A stretch of 40,116 nucleotides of DNA from Spirochaetota bacterium (GTDB taxonomy: Bacteria > Spirochaetota > UBA4802 > JAFGDQ01), in assembly GCA_034190185.1 (NCBI GenBank), contig JAXHTB010000001.1, forward strand, positions 1-40,116, given 5' to 3'. Each line of letters begins with the position of its first letter. Position 1 is the first letter of the stretch. This document shows positions 36,000 to 40,116 of the stretch, in pieces. The translations under genes were made by a program, and so were the position numbers. The notes beneath the pieces were generated by a model. It saw only the letters and a program-made list of their open reading frames with translations, did no database searches and had not been told where the DNA came from.

Positions 36000-37478
36000 T
36001 TAACCTTTTAAATGATGATGTCTATAATATTCAATAACCTTACTAAGGGCAACAGCTCCTCTTGTAAAGCTGGGGAAGTTTGCAATGCTTTTTTCAAGAA
36101 GTCGATTTTTCATTTCAATAGCGCCTGTCTCTACCTTTGAAGGTGGAATAATAACTATCAACGGTTTTTTTGACTTATTTCTGAAATTCTCAAGTGTGTT
36201 ATAAAAATATTCTTCAAAGTCTGTAAAGGCTTCTTTAAACCATTTTAAAAGATGCGCTGACATTTCTATTACAATAGCATCTATATTTTCATCATTATCA
36301 AGGATATCCATAGTAATATCTAAAAGTCTTTCCTTGCTTGGTATATCATCTCTTCCTAATAATGCTCGTCGAGTACTTTCTGCTAAGGAAAGGTTCCCAC
36401 CAAGATCGATAGGATTTCTATAACTAGCGCCTACAAGTGCAAAGATGGAGGCTAATTCTTGATAAGATTTTTCTGTAAGCATAGGAGCCTTAAAACCAAC
36501 TTTGGCAAATTGGTCTGTCATGTTTACACATTGCCCACCGCTTAATGATATAAGCCCAAGATTTTTCCCTCTTACTTCTGGAGTGTAGAGCAACATCATA
36601 ACAGTGTCAACAAGTTCTTCCAGATCATCAATCTGTATAGCTCCGCACTGCTTTATCAATGTCTCCCACATAAACATTGACTCCGCCATGGAACCGCTGT
36701 GCGAGGATGTGGCTATTGATCCCTCCTCAGTTTGACCGCCCTTCCATATAAGAATCGGTTTGCTGTTTGCTGATCTACTTAATAGATTGAACAGGGCTCT
36801 TCCATCTTTTATCCCTTCAATGTACATAGCAATAATTTTAGTCTCGTCATCCTGTAATAGATATTCACAATAATCTGTGCTGTCTAGAATATATGCATTC
36901 CCGAAACTGACAAGTTTGCTAATATTTATTCTGTTGTTATGTCCCACTACACTGAAGTTTATAGCGTGCCCACCGCTTTGAGATATAAAACCTACTTGGC
37001 CATTTTCTCCAGAATATTGGTCAGGGCTGTTTCTTAGACCCAATCTTGGATTGAAGATACCCATGCAATTGGGGCCAATGAGGTTTAGGTTTCCTTCCTT
37101 TGCGATTTCAGTGATAGTATTTGCAAGCTCTATTCCTTTTTCTGTCTTGGTTTCTGCAAAACCTGAAGTAAACATTGTAACTCCACCTACATCTTTATCT
37201 ATGCAATCCTTTAATATTATTGGAGATACCTCTCTAGGAACCGCCATTATAACATAATCCACAGGATCGGGCACATCCTTCAAGCTCAAATAGTTCTTTA
37301 TGCCGAGTTCTTCTATCCCAGGAATTTCATTTGGATCAATATTAACTGAAAAGACATCTCCCTGAAAGGTTTTTAATGATCTAAGGAAGAAGTAGTTATT
37401 ATTTTCATATTTATCACCAATAACTGCAACAGATCTTGGGTTAAATGCTCTCTTTAATCGGTCTAATTTAGATTCCAT
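36000..37478 (-). CDS. ADP-forming acyl-CoA synthetase alpha-type module (CoA_binding_2 + Succ_CoA_lig), no ATP-grasp domain
   Basis: Contains FNPRSVAVIGD, LIGPNCMGIFNP, GFISQSGG and the phospho-His motif region TSSHSGSMAES (compare SHTGALAG in ACD alpha). 492 aa, so there is no room for a fused beta/ATP-grasp part. Confidence 0.75.
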   Translation of the reverse strand: MESKLDRLKRAFNPRSVAVIGDKYENNNYFFLRSLKTFQGDVFSVNIDPNEIPGIEELGIKNYLSLKDVPDPVDYVIMAVPREVSPIILKDCIDKDVGGVTMFTSGFAETKTEKGIELANTITEIAKEGNLNLIGPNCMGIFNPRLGLRNSPDQYSGENGQVGFISQSGGHAINFSVVGHNNRINISKLVSFGNAYILDSTDYCEYLLQDDETKIIAMYIEGIKDGRALFNLLSRSANSKPILIWKGGQTEEGSIATSSHSGSMAESMFMWETLIKQCGAIQIDDLEELVDTVMMLLYTPEVRGKNLGLISLSGGQCVNMTDQFAKVGFKAPMLTEKSYQELASIFALVGASYRNPIDLGGNLSLAESTRRALLGRDDIPSKERLLDITMDILDNDENIDAIVIEMSAHLLKWFKEAFTDFEEYFYNTLENFRNKSKKPLIVIIPPSKVETGAIEMKNRLLEKSIANFPSFTRGAVALSKVIEYYRHHHLKG

Positions 37479-37620
37479 TAATGTGCCTCTTTGTTTTATG
37501 CAATTAATATTACTATTGAGGATATTTTTTTAAGTCTTTAGATAGACTTATAGCATTAGATACAAGATGTTATTGGGCGCCTATTATATTTATGGAAATA
37601 GTTTTTCGAAGGTAATTTTT

Positions 37621-38265
37621 TTATTTTTTTCGATACATCTCTGCTCTGTATCTTCCAGCTTTTAGTTCACGGATAAGATCTTGTACATTCTCTATCCTGT
37701 TTTCAAATATTGTTACAGAGCGTCCAACCTCTTGTAGTGTATGAGCATCGCTGCCGCCAGTGCCTTTAAGGTTTAGCATATTGCATACATTCATAGTGAA
37801 TTCATTTTCAATATCGCTGTTTTCTCCATTTATTGCCTCAATTGTGTCCATCTGTTTTAGGTATGGTTTTTTACTAGCTTCTTCCACGCTTAGGGATAAG
37901 CCAGGTATGGAGAAATCTTTTCCTTCAATAAATGCTCCTCTAAAGGGGTGAGCTGCTATCATCACTCCACCAACTTCATCAACCTTCTTTCTCAATTCAT
38001 TTATTGATACAATTCCTTCGCACTCTTTATCAAGACCAAAGACCAGAATGTCTCCATCCATTGAGGTTATCTCTACTCCCCCAAGGACTAAGAAGTTGTG
38101 TTCTTCGGACAATTTACGGATTTCCTCTGAGTCCCAGATTTTGTCGTGTTCAGTTAAACAGATACCATCAAGTCCAATACTTATAGCTTCCTCTATTAGT
38201 TCAACAGGGGTTATCTCACTGCATTGTGAGGCAGGAATTGTATGAATATGCATATCTATTATCAT
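37621..38265 (-). CDS. PHP-domain metal-dependent phosphoesterase (short form, 214 aa)
   Basis: Motifs MIIDMHIHT, LTEHD, GGVEIT, AAHPFR, EAING and GGSDAH. Its ATG overlaps the stop of the upstream HGD-D subunit in ATGA (38262..38265). Confidence 0.8.
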   Translation of the reverse strand: MIIDMHIHTIPASQCSEITPVELIEEAISIGLDGICLTEHDKIWDSEEIRKLSEEHNFLVLGGVEITSMDGDILVFGLDKECEGIVSINELRKKVDEVGGVMIAAHPFRGAFIEGKDFSIPGLSLSVEEASKKPYLKQMDTIEAINGENSDIENEFTMNVCNMLNLKGTGGSDAHTLQEVGRSVTIFENRIENVQDLIRELKAGRYRAEMYRKK

Positions 38266-39386
38266 AACATCTCCAAAAAAGCCTGAATTCTTGTTCTTAG
38301 TTGACCGAGGCCTGATGAAGGATGTTCTAACTCCACTTCAATTACGGGAATATTTTTTTCTTTGAGTCTGTTTTTTTGACCTACAAAATCGTATTGAAAG
38401 GTATCACAGTACATAAGACCGTATAAGATCACTCCATCAACCTTATAATCTTCTATCATATTAAACATATATTCAAATCGGGCATAAGGAGGTTCAATAC
38501 AGGCGCATGGAGCCATATTTAAATATCGAACACTTATATCATTTAAGGGATTACCCCCGTTATTGATATTGTCCCAGAAATACCGAGTTCCTGTACATAG
38601 ATCATCAGTGACTACTTCTGCTCCACACTCCTCTATTAGTTGAAAAAAGGATGTATTATCAATAATACTTCCACTGATCATTAATCTTGGTTGAGATTTC
38701 GGTTGATTTTCTATATTGTCGATATCTTTAATTAGTTCTTTCAGCAGCTTATTGTGCTGATCCTTTGGCATTATCATGCTTGATCTAATAATCTCAGATA
38801 TCTCAATAGCGCTTAATGGAGATTTATCATTTTTAAGATGGTTATGAATCTGCTTTAACAGTTCTCGGTTTTCGTTGTAGATTTCAATGGCATTCTTAAG
38901 GCTATTATCAGTGATCTCTATACCGGAGAATTTCTCTAACGATTCTTTAAGATTTTGTAATAATTTGAAATGATATTTTTGAGCTGTGTCAGTGATCTTA
39001 TGAGGATGATCTAACATGAATGAATATTTTGGTTCTATATATAATCGCCAATTATCAAAAAGTCGACATACAGCATCACAGCAATGAGCCACAATTATTC
39101 CATCTAAATAATCGTATTGTTTATCCAAAGCAAGGCCAAGGCAACCTCGAATGTAAGGGCACATATTGCTTTGCAGATAATCATCTCCCTCGCTTATTGT
39201 TGTTTCTTTGCTCATGATCCGGATTGGCAACATTCCGGCTGCATAGACAATTTCTTCCGGAACATAGTTACAAACCCAGCCGATTGCTTTTTTACCTTGG
39301 TCTTTCCATTCTATAATTGATTTATTGTGAGGGAATGAATTTAGTTCATCCCTCATTATCTTTAAGCTTTCAATTGAATGTGACAT
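38262..39386 (-). CDS. 2-hydroxyacyl-CoA dehydratase / benzoyl-CoA reductase BcrB/C-family subunit (HGD-D), subunit 1
   Basis: 374 aa. Family-typical blocks are KAIGWVCNYVPEEIVYAAGMLPIRI, MCPYIRGC, LDGIIVAHCCDAVC, VVTDDLCTGTRYF, VDGVILYGLMYCDTFQ and IPVIEVELE...GQLRTRIQAFLEML. Confidence 0.8.
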   Translation of the reverse strand: MSHSIESLKIMRDELNSFPHNKSIIEWKDQGKKAIGWVCNYVPEEIVYAAGMLPIRIMSKETTISEGDDYLQSNMCPYIRGCLGLALDKQYDYLDGIIVAHCCDAVCRLFDNWRLYIEPKYSFMLDHPHKITDTAQKYHFKLLQNLKESLEKFSGIEITDNSLKNAIEIYNENRELLKQIHNHLKNDKSPLSAIEISEIIRSSMIMPKDQHNKLLKELIKDIDNIENQPKSQPRLMISGSIIDNTSFFQLIEECGAEVVTDDLCTGTRYFWDNINNGGNPLNDISVRYLNMAPCACIEPPYARFEYMFNMIEDYKVDGVILYGLMYCDTFQYDFVGQKNRLKEKNIPVIEVELEHPSSGLGQLRTRIQAFLEML

Positions 39387-39779
39387 ATCTCACTCTTCCA
39401 GCTTTAATTAGTAATCGTGTTGAATCTAATTTTTTTTATAAATTGTAGATTAATGCATTATTTGTCAAGATAATTTATCTGTCAGTTGACAATTTTATGA
39501 CAATTTTCAATAAGTATGAGTATTAATGAGTATTTATTTACAATCGATTATTAATCGATTGATTGATAAGTTTTTCTGTTAGCTCAAACCTATTTTGTAA
39601 ACTTTCGATAGAATGGCTCCAACTTCTTCGGAATGTAACCGCAAGCTTCAGCCTGGGCAATGTCGTTCAGCTGATGCCGATCATTCTCATATTATTCCCA
39701 TATAAATCATAAATAGATGTTTACAACCTTGTAGATAAGTATATCAACAGAAATATTAAAAATCAATTACAGTAAGAGA

Positions 39780-40116
39780 TCAAGGTTCAATATTAGCAGT
39801 AATGAGTCCATCGGAAATTGTAATTATCCCCTTTCCCAACTGTTTCTCAATCACATCTCCAAGTAGAATATCCGGGTCTGTTTTCAGATATAGATCGTTC
39901 ATCTCGATGAACCAGACGCTCTTTTTCAAATAATTGATATATTCGTTTTTTTCAATTCTACCCTTTCTTAATATATGAAATATTATAATCCTGGGCAGCA
40001 AGTGATGAGCAATCATTACAGGATCATTGATGAATTCATCAATACGCAAAAGACAGGTGTCGATATTGTTTTGTGCATCATAGATTGGTTTTCCGTGTCC
40101 GGGATAGATGACATCA
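39780..40116 (-). CDS. C-terminal part of an MBL-fold metallo-hydrolase-like protein (partial, runs off the right edge)
   Basis: The frame is open to the window edge. The translation begins DVIYPGHGKPIYDAQNNI..., the PGHG motif near the end of the metallo-beta-lactamase fold, followed by a ~90-aa helical tail. The 'start' in the ORF track is an internal TTG. Confidence 0.55.
   Translation of the reverse strand, partial: DVIYPGHGKPIYDAQNNIDTCLLRIDEFINDPVMIAHHLLPRIIIFHILRKGRIEKNEYINYLKKSVWFIEMNDLYLKTDPDILLGDVIEKQLGKGIITISDGLITANIEP

Noticed and set aside
39590-39640. Apparent echo of the HGD-D subunit 1 N-terminus (SWSHSIESLQNRF vs MSHSIESLKIMR) on the minus strand upstream of the gene
   Set aside because: Only about 20 of 36 nucleotides match. 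There is no extended colinearity and no open frame, so this is compatible with chance.
1-40116. CRISPR arrays, tRNA/rRNA genes, transposases, integrases, toxin-antitoxin pairs or recognisable phage-defence genes
   Set aside because: I scanned both strands for regularly spaced repeats, cloverleaf-like GC-rich segments in intergenic DNA and hallmark protein motifs, and found none. Absence by eye is not proof; tRNAscan-SE, Infernal and DefenseFinder/PADLOC runs would settle it.

Overview
AT-rich (about one-third G+C by eye) bacterial chromosomal window, probably from an anaerobe; I cannot assign a taxon. I support 27 coding regions, 5 gene relics, several hairpin terminators and three small repeat families. 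I saw no rRNA, tRNA, CRISPR array, transposase, integrase or phage gene. Layout, left to right: (1) 1-10.9 kb, a decaying branched-chain-amino-acid-type ABC uptake locus. It holds a 5'-truncated livH abutting an unrelated ABC-exporter fragment, an intact livM, a lipoprotein, two near-identical tandem binding-protein paralogs plus a rotted third copy, and a second binding-protein family present as one intact gene and one deleted, frameshifted copy. Those two copies bracket a PHP phosphoesterase and a CBS-pair/ACT gene. (2) 11-19.3 kb, a signalling island: PAS-PAS-HD-GYP, a REC-PAS-HisKA_3 hybrid kinase, a NarL-type regulator, a receiver domain with Glu in place of the phospho-Asp, a small acidic protein, a 55-aa stand-alone MshEN/T2SSE_N-like ORF missing from the ORF track, and a membrane HisKA_2 kinase. 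(3) 19.5-31.2 kb, an alpha-glucan island: debranching-enzyme pseudogene, GT-B glycosyltransferase, GH57, a long-stem structured intergenic element, a CBS-pair protein, a 1423-aa GT3 glycogen synthase::GT35 alpha-glucan phosphorylase fusion, and ppdK. (4) 31.8-39.4 kb, a Cys/Met PLP enzyme followed by a minus-strand CoA-centred cluster. In that cluster two 2-hydroxyacyl-CoA-dehydratase-family (HGD-D) subunits are separated by an ATGA-coupled PHP phosphoesterase and an alpha-only ADP-forming acyl-CoA synthetase module, followed by coaE and a methyltransferase. No activator ATPase and no ATP-grasp subunit are visible. This cluster is my best candidate for an undescribed system, followed by the synthase::phosphorylase fusion with its CBS and RNA accessories, and then the MshEN/pseudo-receiver module. 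All domain calls come from motif recognition by eye; no searches were run.
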